DNA from: Cyanidioschyzon merolae
Taxonomy: Eukaryota
Length of the DNA: 64,000 nucleotides
Strand: one strand, 5' to 3'
NCBI GenBank assembly: GCA_000091205.1
Contig: AP006500.2
In this document: positions 1 through 11,726 of the stretch, in pieces
Position numbering within the stretch: position 1 is the stretch's first letter
Layout of the letters: every line of letters begins with the position of its first letter
Notes under the pieces: model-generated
Databases searched by the model: none
Told to the model about the DNA's origin: nothing
The model's input: only the letters and a program-made list of their open reading frames with translations
Made by a program: the position numbers and the translations under genes

Positions 1-318
1 GAGTTCCGTGAAGCGAACGCGCACGGAGCGCTAGCCGCATTACCCAATGTACGAAAGTGCGCTGGTTCAGCGTGAAGAGCAGCTTTTGGTGTGAGCCCAC
101 CTATACTGTCTACGCAGCTGCTGGGCAACACTGGGCAACCCTGACACCGCGAGTCCGTGCTGACTACCACGTACAGAGCAAGACTGTAGCATCGATCCGT
201 CGACAATGCGATATTCCATACACTACAGGGCGCTGCGTTCATACCTGCGCGCACGAACGCGTTGGCAGCCACGTCGGTGGATGTGCTCGGATCGACCGGT
301 TTGCGCAGTTGATATCGT

Positions 319-2037
319 TTACGCTTCCTGTTCTTTTTGACCGATCACCCGTTGCAAAGTAGCACACATTTCCCCAAAACGTATGCGATCCTCGCGATGC
401 GCGAACCGTAGACACCATACCTGAGCTCGTCGTTGCGCGTTTGGCGCTGGCGCATCAGTGACTGTGCCGGACGCAGTACCTGATGGGGCTGTGCTCGCAG
501 TTGCATCGGCAGCCTCCTCACTTGCGTTTTGCGTTGCAACAAAACGCACCATCGCTTCTCCGGCCTCGTCGAGCCGCGGGGTCTCCCGCGTAATCGGAAC
601 GTTCAGGATGACCCGCAACGTTCCGTCAACGCGCATCACCATCCTAGCAGTTTGTTTAGATGGATGGTACAAAAGTCGGAGGAGGCCGCGTCCTCGCTCC
701 CGCCACTGCTTATCGACGAGCTCAAAGAGTTTTGCTCGCGTTTGGAGACGCATCTCTTCTTCAGATTCGTTGTTGAAAATATCTGGAACCGTTGATGGCA
801 TCGCCTCCGATACGTTGGCGTCGTCGTCATTATCACCACCACCACCACCACCACCATCATCGTCGTCGTCGTCGTCATGAGCTGTTTCGTGGGCGCTCTT
901 ATGATCGCCTTCGGATGCCTCTACATACGCGTCATGCTCTCCGCAATGCCTACCATCTGTGGATTCTAGAGCCCGGCCAGGAACTTTGACTCTTGAGGGC
1001 GTTCCCTTCGAGGCCGCTCCACCAGCTAGTTCCGGGAAGAGCGGCGTGCTACCCGGTAGTGCGGATGCATTGTTTTGCAGAGCAGGCGTTGTCGCATCCT
1101 GAAAACGGAAACTCGCCAGTCCCGTCATTTTTTCACTGTGTGATGTTGACAAGTTTCCAAACGTAAAGCCAGCAAACACCTTCGCGGCGCCAGACAGAGG
1201 TTGATTTTTCTCGGCATCATGTTTTGGGACGTCGTCGGCCTGCTTCTCCTTGTTCGAGCGCTGTCCAGCCTCGGAGTCGCCTGCGCTTGAGGGAGCATCA
1301 GCTGTGAGCGCAGCCGCCTTCGACGCGACAGCACCTGAGCTGATGGTCTCCGAGTTCGCTGCGCTGCCTGTCTCGGTGGATCCAACTCCAGCAGAAACCG
1401 ACCGTGCCCTCTTCTCTGCTGTTTGAGCAGGCACTGCCTGCGGTGCGGCCTTGGGCACTGCAGCGGACACGTTATCTGGTGGAAGCGGAGATGCTGTCCC
1501 AGCGGCTCGCTTCTCGACAGCGTCACCGGATGCAGGATGCTTAGGCGCAGCACCATCCTCACCGGAGGAGTTGTGCACGAGCGCTGCTTCCGAGCCTAGA
1601 GGCCGCGCTGTCGACGCTACTTGCTCGCCGGGAGCACCACCAGATAGACGATTTGCTTCTTGCGTCGATACTGGAGCCGCTGTCAAAGTCGACTCCCGAG
1701 TGGAAGCGGGCGATTTCTCCACGGAACGAGCAGCCTCGCTGGACGCCTGTGCGACGGGCAGTTTCCGCGTTGTGCTTTCGCTGCTGAGGCCTTGGGTAGC
1801 GGGCCCCGCGGAGTTCCGCCCCGCGTTCTGTTCAGAGCTGGGTAGCGCCTGTGCTCCAGTGCGGCGAACGCGAACGATGCGACGTCCTGCCAGGGTCGGT
1901 GCTGCGTTCCACTGGGTCGAGTTGGTGCCTCCCGCCGGTCTAGTGTCGGCAGATCTGCATTGCTCCTCGGAATCATCATCAGCCAGAGCGCTGTCCTTAT
2001 TCAGTTGCGTGTCCGCTAAGCGTTTTCGCGAAGCCAT
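319..2037 (-). CDS. Nucleoporin Nup50/Nup2-like protein with C-terminal Ran-binding domain
   Basis: 572-aa ORF. Acidic/basic N-terminus MASRKRLADTQLNKD...DDDSEE resembles the Nup50 N-terminal segment. FxF-type motifs are present (FAGFTFG, FRFQ). Near the C-terminus there is a RanBD-like block: KQWRERGRGLLRLLYHPSKQTARMVMRVDGTLRVILN ... RAQVWCLRFAHREDRIRFGEMC. An internal poly-Asp/Gly tract is encoded by a (CAC/GTC)n repeat. Confidence 0.7.
   Translation of the reverse strand: MASRKRLADTQLNKDSALADDDSEEQCRSADTRPAGGTNSTQWNAAPTLAGRRIVRVRRTGAQALPSSEQNAGRNSAGPATQGLSSESTTRKLPVAQASSEAARSVEKSPASTRESTLTAAPVSTQEANRLSGGAPGEQVASTARPLGSEAALVHNSSGEDGAAPKHPASGDAVEKRAAGTASPLPPDNVSAAVPKAAPQAVPAQTAEKRARSVSAGVGSTETGSAANSETISSGAVASKAAALTADAPSSAGDSEAGQRSNKEKQADDVPKHDAEKNQPLSGAAKVFAGFTFGNLSTSHSEKMTGLASFRFQDATTPALQNNASALPGSTPLFPELAGGAASKGTPSRVKVPGRALESTDGRHCGEHDAYVEASEGDHKSAHETAHDDDDDDDGGGGGGGDNDDDANVSEAMPSTVPDIFNNESEEEMRLQTRAKLFELVDKQWRERGRGLLRLLYHPSKQTARMVMRVDGTLRVILNVPITRETPRLDEAGEAMVRFVATQNASEEAADATASTAPSGTASGTVTDAPAPNAQRRAQVWCLRFAHREDRIRFGEMCATLQRVIGQKEQEA
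826..880. repeat. Coding trinucleotide microsatellite (CAC)n(CAT)n(CGT)n inside the Nup50-like CDS
   Basis: Direct reading gives caccaccaccaccaccaccaccatcatcgtcgtcgtcgtcgtc. On the minus strand this encodes DDDDDDDGGGGGGGDNDDD within the 319..2037 ORF. Confidence 0.8.
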
Positions 2038-4244
2038 ACCTTGAAGCTGCTGTGCGCTGTTGGCTCAGGAACGTGGTGCCGGGCAAGGCTCCCTGAAGAA
2101 CGCGCGAACGTTGGCGCTCACCGGGGCTTGAACTTTTCCGGTGACGACTCTGTGCGCTACGACCACCGGCTCCAGAACAGGGTGGAGCAGCGGAGCCCCT
2201 CAGTTCAGTGCAGTTCAATATATTGCAGTGCAGCAGGCAGCAAAGATTTTGGCGTCGAAGCGTCGCTTCCGCGGCGTCCGTCGTGCTGCAACAAGTATAT
2301 CGCGTTCGCGCGGGCCGTTCTCGCCTTTGATAGCAACAGAGAATAGAGGTTTTGTCTGGATTCTCAATGTTTTTCGTGAATGCGCTTTTAGAGACAAGGA
2401 TCGTCGAGGAGGACGCCTTTCTCGGCTGTGAGCCCAGCTCTTTGAATCGACATACACACCGATATCAGGCGTTTGGTACGGCTGTGTCGAGTTTGCCCCT
2501 GATCATGCATCGATCCTAGTCCAGTATAGACCATTTCATCACCAAAAGTTGGACGGGTACTCCAGTTTCCAGGTCAAACTCGTCAATGGGTGTTCCTCGC
2601 GGGCGTACCGGCACGAGGGTGTTTCCGGTGGCAAGCCAATATCTAGTGCGGACGAGAAAGACGCTGTCTGGGCTTCCGGAAACCCACTATGCTCATCAGC
2701 ACATGGGCTTTCTGCATATTCCCACATCCATAAACGAAAAATGCGTCATATAGTGACTTGTAGGTTTACCCATGCGGACACTGTTCGGCGTGTGCTGTGT
2801 ATATTCGTAGCGCACGTACGGTACCAAGGAAGATTCCCAGAGCGAAACCATCCGTACAGTCCAACAGTGTGCACCCGTGACCTCTGTAGGCCAATACGTG
2901 CACAGAAAGCGGCGGAGTCTGCTGTTCTTTTTCCTCTTCCAACGAACGTCAAGGAAAAATGAACAGACGCTCCGTCCGGCGCAACGTACCAGCCGCCACA
3001 CCCTGAGCATGTCTTCGAGTCTGGATGGTTCGTTCAAGAGACCTCCGAAAACGCGAATCCAGCGCGTACCGACTCACTGCTCGTAAAATACTTGCTTCGA
3101 GTTGTTGGCAAGGACAGGTGCCGCTATCCAGCGGTAAGCAGCGAAGCCCGCAGCCACTCTCGTGGTTGCGGGCGTGCTGCACGCTCAAAGCGGTGTTTCT
3201 CTCGCCGTCTCTGTTAATCTGCGGTCGACTCTCGATCCCGAACTTCCTAGAATAGGGTCTCCAGGCGTTCCCCTTGCGACCGCGAATGTCGTCCGAGTTA
3301 CGCACTCACAGCGCTTGGCCGTCTGCGCCACTGCGTCGCTGTCTCTGGCGAAGCTCACGTCTATCGTGCATTCCTCGAGCAGTTCAAGCGCTGAATCCAG
3401 CTGGGCTCCGCTCCTGTCGCGTAGTCCCAGCCGCAGCAACCAAAAGCGGCTGCTTCGACGACGTCCGCACCCTGGCTAGACGTGAAGCGAGTCCCTGTGT
3501 GCGAAGCGCGCAGGGCGCTCGTGCACGCGCAGGGGAACGAGCTCGGCTCCTCCGCAGACGCGTCCACGTTCCATCAAAGCCAGTAAGGCATGCCCCTGGG
3601 TTAGCAAAAAGACTTCGTCGGTCCAGCAGCATTGCTCCAGCTGCGGAGCCTGATTCAGACGCCCAACGAACAAGGCTCTAGTGCATCGTGTCCACCGAAG
3701 TGTCCACTCGACGCAGGTACGCTCGCATCGAACAGACACCTTCACCACAACCTTTTTATGGTGGAGGCTCAATTCCATCAAATGGAGGAATTTTGCATAC
3801 GCTAATGTTATTGGCGTCAAAGCAAGCATCTATCAAGATGAACCAGATCCTCCGTGCTCCGTCAACTGCCACCGGCCAGACCTCACGCTGGAGTTCACGC
3901 TACCTTGAAAGGATCCTCTGGGTGCCGAACCTGCCGTTTGAACATATGGCGACAGACGTAGCGTCGCTACGGACGCTTTACAGACACCAAATGTCACAGA
4001 CGTGTCCTGAAACACGTCTACCCGTGGTACTGGTACCCATTGTGCCCCAACATCGCGTCCAAAAGCTCAACTCCGGTACCAGTACCGGTAACAAGCTGCG
4101 GGAGATGATCTCGAGGCGCAGCTGCCCGCGCCTTTGTTCGCATCTGAAGAAACGCAGACGTACGACCGCGGCTACACGCGGACGCTTAGCGTGTCGTTGC
4201 AACCGCTAGAGGTTCCCCCGAACACACCGACATAAACTTAAAGA

Positions 4245-6734
4245 ATGGAGGAGGCAGTAGCGACTCAGCGTCGCGGTGTCAAGCGAGAACGGACGGTGCG
4301 ACGGCAGCGTGTGCTGCGCTTGGCGGTGCCGACGCGTCTGCTTCCCACGCTCAAACGAAGCGTTATAGAACAGCTTCATTCTCAGAACGGGAGTATGAAG
4401 TACGACGGCAATAAAATCGAGGATCTCATCTTGCGTGCACTATGTGACTTTGCAACGTTTGCGGGGATACCGCCCGCGCACCGGCTGGCGGCTCTCGAAC
4501 GAGCGCTCCCGCGTCACATTGCCCAGAGCCCCCGGTACCGCAGCTCCTTTTGCGCTGCCTGGCACTTTTCAGCATCTACTGGTGCTCAAGACGAAAATGA
4601 TCAAGATGGCACTCTATCGAGTGAGCTTGCCGCTCTTCGAGCACTGATTCTAGAAACCCTTTCGGAACGCGAAGAGCAGCAGCGGTCTCAACGATCAGCA
4701 TCCAGTGATTGCTCGAAGGCAATCCCCGAAACGCCTCCGTATGCTACCTCAGCGTGCGATGTCGCGTCAACGCAAGCAACTGTCGAAACGTTGCGACAGT
4801 CAGGTTGTCGAATCACACGCAGTGTCCAGGCATGGCTGACGACTGCGGCAACCACAACAGCACAGCAGGGCCCTGCAACCGATGCAGCACCGAGTCGCAT
4901 GCAACCAGTAGCACTGAACGCGCACACGACAACCTCAGACACAGGGCAATGCTGCGGAACTGTGCAGCAGCTCCACCATCAACGTCAAGGCACAGCGCGT
5001 ATTCGAACGCGCTGTGGCAGCTCGTCAGCCATTCCGACGAGGGTGCCACTGAGTCTCGCTCCGATGCTCTTACGTTTCCTCGAATTGCAGCTGCCTGAGG
5101 CAGTGGAATATCACCTCCAGGACCTCCTCCTAACTGAATTACTCCGAATTGACCGAGTGCAATATGTGTACCTGCCGGGGCGAGGCCTCGATACGAGCCG
5201 TGGGAGCATACGCGCTTCGTCGCACGCAGCGGGTACAGAGCGGCAGGCATCGTCGTCGTGTACGCGTCGAGCCGCGCCCCAGACCCGCACCGATACCGAG
5301 TGTCCGTACGAGCGGGTGCGCTCAGCTCGTATCACGGAGCATCGAGCGCTACTTGCCGCACTGGGACTCGGTCGATCTGTGGCGGGTACAGTTACGCCGA
5401 CGTCGAAGAAGCGCGAGGAGGCGACATCGATGATCCAGTGCAAGGAGATGCGGCACGAGCGCTTATTGCCACGCAATGCAGACACCATGTCTAGGAAGCA
5501 GAGCTCGCCGCTGACGTTTGCCGAATATGTGCGAAGAGCAGACCCAGCAACGAGTGCTTGGATGGGTGCGCTCGACCCGCTCTGGATACAGGCTGCGGAG
5601 CAGGTTGTTGCGGCGTGTCTGGTACGTGCACGCGACCCGAACGCTTGCTCCGAGGGCGCAGCGCCCGCCTGGAGCACAGCGTACATGCAGCGCTCCATCT
5701 GGGAACGCAATGATTCCACTCAGTATCGCAAGCATGTCCAAAGGATCAGTGAACGTTATCTCCTGGAATTGGATAGTGCTGAAAATCGACGGAAACGCGG
5801 CTTCCGGAATCATCCCACGGTATATGCGGCAGCTCGCCGAAACGCGCAGCCCGGGACGCTGTCCGCTGATGCCTGCCTCGCCCGGCTGACGACAGCTACG
5901 CTTGGAGCGCGCTCAACTTGCGGCTCGACATTGACGGAGGAGAAGGAGACGACGATGACGACGGCTCTGCAGCGCCGCGGCAGCGTCGAGGAAGCGTATC
6001 TCTGGACAGAGGCGGACTACGATGCGTTCTTTACGGCATGGAGGCGCTTCGGGAACAGCGTTCATGCCAACAGAAAAATCGCGCAGGCGATGAATGAAGC
6101 GTACTGGGCGCGAGTTCCGACGCGTAAGCGGCACGCTTTAACCCTGAAAACACGGCAAGGAATCGGGGGTCGAGTTACGTTCCTGCCGACTCATATTGTC
6201 TATCAAAAGCGATTGCATCGGGGGTGGTTGGAAATGCATCGCTCGGAAAACGAACTCAAGTTGGAGCAACTGATGCCGGCACCGCACCAGACGCGCTGTG
6301 GTCTGTGCCGGCGTGACGCGTCGCACGACGACAGCACCCAGACCGGGGCCCTGATTGGACCCTTCTGGGAGATGCTTCCTGATGCACCATCCACTCCGGT
6401 GTGGATGCATAGGGAGTGCCTTCTGTGGACACCCGAAGTCTTTGAAACCTGTGAAGGCACCATGATGAATGTGCGGCGGACGTTTCGACGGGCGATACGT
6501 ATCCGCTGTGCCTACTGCGGACGCACCGGCGCTGCAACCGGCTGTTTCCTGCGCTATTGTCGACGAAGTTATCATGCGCCGGTTTGTGCAGTGGCGGCGG
6601 GCTGTAGTCTCGACCACCGTCATTATCGTCTGCTATGTATGCAGCACACGCAAGTCTATGCAAAAATATCAGCAAAGGGTGCGGCTTTATTCTGGGAGAG
6701 TCTGGAACAAGAAGGCATCTCCAGCGTCAAGTAG
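4245..6734 (+). CDS. Extended-PHD (ePHD, zf-HC5HC2H-like) zinc-finger protein, probable chromatin reader
   Basis: 829-aa ORF. The C-terminal Cys/His pattern CGLCRRD...WMHRECLLWTPEVFE...CAYCGRTGAATGCFLRYCRRSYHAPVCA...HYRLLCMQH is typical of ePHD fingers of the BRPF/JADE/AF10 class. A SANT/Myb-like segment (WTEADYDAFFTAWRRFGNSVHANRKIAQAM) lies upstream of it. Confidence 0.6.
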   Translation: MEEAVATQRRGVKRERTVRRQRVLRLAVPTRLLPTLKRSVIEQLHSQNGSMKYDGNKIEDLILRALCDFATFAGIPPAHRLAALERALPRHIAQSPRYRSSFCAAWHFSASTGAQDENDQDGTLSSELAALRALILETLSEREEQQRSQRSASSDCSKAIPETPPYATSACDVASTQATVETLRQSGCRITRSVQAWLTTAATTTAQQGPATDAAPSRMQPVALNAHTTTSDTGQCCGTVQQLHHQRQGTARIRTRCGSSSAIPTRVPLSLAPMLLRFLELQLPEAVEYHLQDLLLTELLRIDRVQYVYLPGRGLDTSRGSIRASSHAAGTERQASSSCTRRAAPQTRTDTECPYERVRSARITEHRALLAALGLGRSVAGTVTPTSKKREEATSMIQCKEMRHERLLPRNADTMSRKQSSPLTFAEYVRRADPATSAWMGALDPLWIQAAEQVVAACLVRARDPNACSEGAAPAWSTAYMQRSIWERNDSTQYRKHVQRISERYLLELDSAENRRKRGFRNHPTVYAAARRNAQPGTLSADACLARLTTATLGARSTCGSTLTEEKETTMTTALQRRGSVEEAYLWTEADYDAFFTAWRRFGNSVHANRKIAQAMNEAYWARVPTRKRHALTLKTRQGIGGRVTFLPTHIVYQKRLHRGWLEMHRSENELKLEQLMPAPHQTRCGLCRRDASHDDSTQTGALIGPFWEMLPDAPSTPVWMHRECLLWTPEVFETCEGTMMNVRRTFRRAIRIRCAYCGRTGAATGCFLRYCRRSYHAPVCAVAAGCSLDHRHYRLLCMQHTQVYAKISAKGAALFWESLEQEGISSVK

Positions 6735-7386
6735 TGTTGCGTACGCCTGGGTGCCAGCATCGAAACGAAGAACAAGGTCACCGCTGCAACGCGACGGCTG
6801 GTATGGATGCACGCTACGCGATGGACACTGTAACGGATATATGTGGTGCAACCGTGATTTCGTCGGCTCCTTTCGATTTTACGGAATCAAGTCTCGTGCT
6901 CCGAAGCGATGAGACGAAGAACAAGGCCGTCGCTGGAAGAACTTGTGCAGGAGCTGGGCTGGTCTTCCGCAGGCCGGCATTCGGTTAGTGCCAAACCTAG
7001 CGCCAGCAGCTGTGTGCTCGTGCGAGTGCCAAGGCGTCAGGCTCGCGCACTACCTGCAACCGATATCGTTAGCGTTGATGCAGCACCCGTATCGTGGTGT
7101 ATGGACCTCATCGTGCTGCGGCGCCAGCGAGCCGGATCGGTCGATACCTGATCGTCGGTCGACGAGCCTTTTCAGATATCCTGATTTTTCGGTTACTGTT
7201 GGGCAACTGGCGGCTTTGGATGCCAGTTGCCCAATGCCCATGAACGGATACGCACCCACTACCGCGTTCAGAGTGATCTGCCTCAGCGCGGGACGCACTC
7301 GACTGATCTGGATCAAAGCATGTACTATACTCAGCACACTAGCTTTGGCGAGGAAACGCTCCCTTGTCTATCGCTTTGCGCTGGCC

Positions 7387-9195
7387 CTACGACGATGTCA
7401 ACGGTGGGGAAGGCGCGCGCTCCTGCTCACTTCGTCGCGACGCTCTTCGTGGCTGTAGAACCGGATGCTGTACCGTATCTTGGGCTTCATCGTCAGAGGA
7501 ATCGATCAGGTGCTCGTTCACAGAGACGCCACGATGCACTTCATTCGTGCTCTCCATGCGGGTGTGTGCAGTCTCCACATCGATCAGGTCCTCGGCAGCC
7601 GGGGCCGTTGGCGACAATGCCGCCCAACTAAGATTCTCGTGGAGCGGTAGCAACTCATGTTCTGGTTCCGCTTGCATCGGAGCGGAGGTGCATCCGTCAC
7701 CATCTTCTGGCGGTACGATGGGAGCAGGCGCACGCTGTGCAACGTGGCCATCCGGGGATAATGCTGCTCTGAAAAATGCATTCGTTTCGCAGAGCGTTCG
7801 AAACTCTGTGAGAGCTCGCTCTGCATCACAAAGCAGCCGTGATGCCTCCTGTCGTAGCGGAGGCTCCACGATGCGCGGTACAAGGCTAGCGAGCCCGTCG
7901 CGCATCATTTGGACTCGTTCAAAGCGACTGCGTGCGTTCTCCAGCGTCTCCGAGTTGGGCGAAGTACCCACTGGTGCATCTCGAAAGCTATCGCACATTG
8001 CCTGGAAGAGGTCAATCGTTTCACGCGTCTCCTGGAACGCAGCCCGCAAGCGGTTCAGCATCTGGTCTCGACGGTTTGGCGGAGCCTGCACCGGACTCGG
8101 TGTCGGATACCAGGTCGGACCGCTCCCGTACTGACAGAAAACGCCAGCGTGCATGGACGCAGTCCATGCCCACATCCACGCTTGCGGTAAAATCATTGGT
8201 GCTCGATAAAATCGTCGCACTGAGGCCGCTGGTGCCCCAACGTTCGCTGACGCCGGCACCGTTGTCCCAGGCACTGGTCGTCGTTCGGCAGTGCCGGCTG
8301 TCGGCCGGGGCCCAGCTCCGCTCCCGGACGTTGACGCTGGGCGACGAACCCTCCGGTATCGTGCGGAGAGAGAGAGGCCGTCGCGCTGGACTGCAGCAGC
8401 GGCCTGCTGGAACTCGGGAATCTCTGCAACCAGGGGCGTCATGACCTGCGCCCAATGGATCAGGCACTGGCGAGCTCGAACGACCAAGACCTGGCACTCT
8501 ACTGGGACAGCCGATGGACTCGTTACCCCTTTTGGTGCCGGCGGTTGCTGCGGATCATCGACGCAGAGCGGCAGAAGCGCGATCTGCTGGATGAGCGGCA
8601 AGTTGTATCGGATGAGCACCCGATTCACAGCTATGTTCGTGTTCATAACGCAAACGTCCAGCAGGGCAAGCGCTGCTAGCGCGTCACAGATTGCTCGAGT
8701 GTCAGCGGGGGGGCACTTTGCCGGCGCGACTGCTGACGGTTGGCGAACGACCTGAGCATACTTCTGTTTTTGGCGCCAGGGCCAGTGCCAACCGAAACTA
8801 CGCGATCGTGAGGTACCAGAAGCCGACACTGGCTCTAGAGCCGCCTCCGAGACACCGTCACCTCCTGGACCCTGCCTCCGTTGCAGAACGCCCTGGGCCC
8901 AGGGCGAAAGCACGCGCTGTACCGCCGTGAGCGCTGTGCGCAGTGTCTGCTCGAGTGCCTCCGCTCTGGAGTGCTCCTCGACAGCTGCGTGCGCAATGTC
9001 CAGCTGACGACACCTGAGCGCAGGTGTTACCGCTTCTCTTAAAATATCGGTAGCGTACTGCTCACTGGCCTGACGAAGCACCTGGTTGAGGTCTCGTTCA
9101 AATGCCTCCGCCTCAGCGGTGGCTCGCTTACCGCCGTCCGTGCGGAGCATCCAGTCTACCACACGTGTTGGCAATGGTCTCGTATACGCAATCAC
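7387..9195 (-). CDS. Hypothetical protein (Glu/Ala/Leu-rich, helical), no recognised domain
   Basis: 602-aa uninterrupted ORF with protein-like composition. The overlapping plus-strand ORF 7364..8134 is S/R-rich and looks like an antisense shadow. Confidence 0.45.
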   Translation of the reverse strand: MIAYTRPLPTRVVDWMLRTDGGKRATAEAEAFERDLNQVLRQASEQYATDILREAVTPALRCRQLDIAHAAVEEHSRAEALEQTLRTALTAVQRVLSPWAQGVLQRRQGPGGDGVSEAALEPVSASGTSRSRSFGWHWPWRQKQKYAQVVRQPSAVAPAKCPPADTRAICDALAALALLDVCVMNTNIAVNRVLIRYNLPLIQQIALLPLCVDDPQQPPAPKGVTSPSAVPVECQVLVVRARQCLIHWAQVMTPLVAEIPEFQQAAAAVQRDGLSLSARYRRVRRPASTSGSGAGPRPTAGTAERRPVPGTTVPASANVGAPAASVRRFYRAPMILPQAWMWAWTASMHAGVFCQYGSGPTWYPTPSPVQAPPNRRDQMLNRLRAAFQETRETIDLFQAMCDSFRDAPVGTSPNSETLENARSRFERVQMMRDGLASLVPRIVEPPLRQEASRLLCDAERALTEFRTLCETNAFFRAALSPDGHVAQRAPAPIVPPEDGDGCTSAPMQAEPEHELLPLHENLSWAALSPTAPAAEDLIDVETAHTRMESTNEVHRGVSVNEHLIDSSDDEAQDTVQHPVLQPRRASRRSEQERAPSPPLTSS

Positions 9196-11726
9196 TTATA
9201 AAGGTCCAAGAAACTTCGCCTTCATTGCCCTCGAGCGTACGGTTATGCCGAGGAATTCCCTGCCCTGTAACGGGAGCGCGACATAGGGCGCTCTGCTGTC
9301 CGCAGATTGCGGCGAAGTGGCAGCGCGCAGCTGGACAGCAGCATCCCCCGGAGCGTATCGCCTTTTCGTGAGAGCGGAGCGTATCCGAAGGAGGGATTTC
9401 CTTCGGGTGCAGGATTATAGACGTGAGCTTGTTTTTCCCAATAGCGCCATGGTTATGGGATATCCGGGAGAGCGTCTGGTTTTCTGAAGGATATGGCTTG
9501 CACTGCCCCAGCGTACAGACAAGGCGAGCTGGGGCTTGACTTTACGGCATCGTCGCTGGATACGTTCGACGTGCTTGCACTGCATCTGCGTCTTTTCACT
9601 AAACATTGTTTGATCGGGCGGGTTTTTCTTTTGGAATGCTAAGCTGATGCGTGCGCATAGAAGCGGTTGGATGCCTGCATCATGAGTGTCAGCATGGGAA
9701 CGGGCCAGGTACACGTTCCGAACTCGGGCGTGAACGCTAGCTTTCTTGTTTCTCTCAGGTGTGATGGACAGCTGCCGTTGGGGAATTTTTTTCGGCGACT
9801 GTTCACGTTTTCTCTCTTAGTTCCAGATTACAATATGCTGGTCTATTCTTTCCATCCAGCTCTGTTCACAGCAGTTGACGGATGTTGGCGGTAGCGTTCA
9901 AGTCCGGATTTCGTACCTGCCGACAGTTGTCAACGCATTTCATGCACAGACGCAAGATGCGGTGTAGGCTCGCTTGACATCTTCATCTTTTTCATGTACA
10001 GTCTCGGTACGCAGTTTGCAGCTGTGACTCCTGGATATGGACAAATGAAGTATAAATCTATCTGCCATACCCTCTCGACTGAGATCCACGTTGAAGCGCG
10101 TAAACGCCTGCTAGATCGCTCCGTATACGCCCTTATATGAAAGGCGATCCTCGATGCCCTGCTCCGTTTCCGTGCCAGGAGCGATGCCCTGCAATGACGC
10201 GCTTGGTTTGGACTATACCGTCGGCGAATGTGCTGCCGGCTGAACGTGCAAGCGCATGCCGTCCATGATAAAAATTAGCTGAGGGCATATCATAACTGGA
10301 CAACAAGTCGAGAAATGTCGATTCGTCTACGCTTTCCTCGTGCGGCACGGTAACGAACGCCCGACTGCAAAACGATCGCCGTGCTGACTGAACGCCGAGT
10401 CCAGGATGCGTATCGGGGCAAACCGAAGCGAGGCGAGCCTCTGGGCGCTCATCGTGTGAGAGCGATCATGCTGCAGCTGTCGAGTTCTGGTTCGCCGGCG
10501 GCCACCCAGGGTGGGCATTGTCTTTCGAAAGAAATCGATTCCTTGACATGACAAGTTCAGAGAAGTTTCGATTTGAACTTGTGAGAATGTCATCAAAGAG
10601 CGATGTGAATTTATGTGACTTCTTCGTCAATCCATCGCAGCGCATCGCTGTGCGCATGCGGTGCCTTGAAATGTAGAGATCGAAAACTTGAATCATGTTT
10701 GATAGGAGCACGATACACACGTACGTGAGGGAGAAGATTCGCGGATTCTACTTGTGCATTGGACAATGATATCGGTTATTATACGAACTCTTGTTCGCCG
10801 GCGTCGCAAAACATCTCGATTTCGGTAACGGAATGAATTCCTTGTCCAAAGCGTTAAAGGAGCGATTCCGAAACAAAGGAAAAACACCGAGCATCTTTAA
10901 ACTACGTTCAAGTAAGACTTGATTCCTGCACTCCGAATATCGAGGTTGCACAGCTAGAACATAGTTCCGGAAAAGAATCGAACTGGATGAACAAAGCGAG
11001 TCATCCCCTACTCGATTTTATCGTCAGCGAAATGAGAAATGTTCTACGATAATTGAGGGTGTATGAATACATACATACGCAGACGCCTCCCAGCCTTGTT
11101 TTGACCGGTTCCCCGATACCGGTTTCAGCTTCTCCCTGTATACTTCGATCCTGAGAGGCTGCTGGACAAAAGTTGGACCGGGGCAGCTTCGAGGGTCACG
11201 TCCCCGGTACCAAACTTCTTCTGATATTGATGGCGGCGTTGAAGTCTCGGTTCACGAACTCCATGCGTTTATTGCCGCTGGTGAAGCGTATCATTGCAAA
11301 GATCCCTAGAACTCGTACCCTCTGTCCCAGTACAATCTCGCTATCGTCCCATCGGACAAACAGCTGTTCTCGAGTATATATCCCCTGTTCTTGTTCTTCG
11401 TCACTTGCTTTTCTTCGCTAGATAGTCGACGAGAAGAGGATCTTTTTCGGTTTTTATCCCGGTCGCCAGCGACACCAGCCCTCTAGAATCCCCGACTCCC
11501 ATGTCCATACGGTTCGCTTAGATTTCTTATTTCTTCAAATGAACGCTTTTCGGACGCTTCGATTACAAACCGAGAAAAAGCGTTTGATGCGACGCACCCG
11601 GAGATGGCGCACAATTCAAGAAAGCGTCTACAATCTGACACGAGCCCACCGCGGCTCGAGCAGGCAACGTACGCTCAGTGCCGCCTTTCGCTTCCTCGGT
11701 GTCGGTCTGGTACCTGGGCGCCACGA

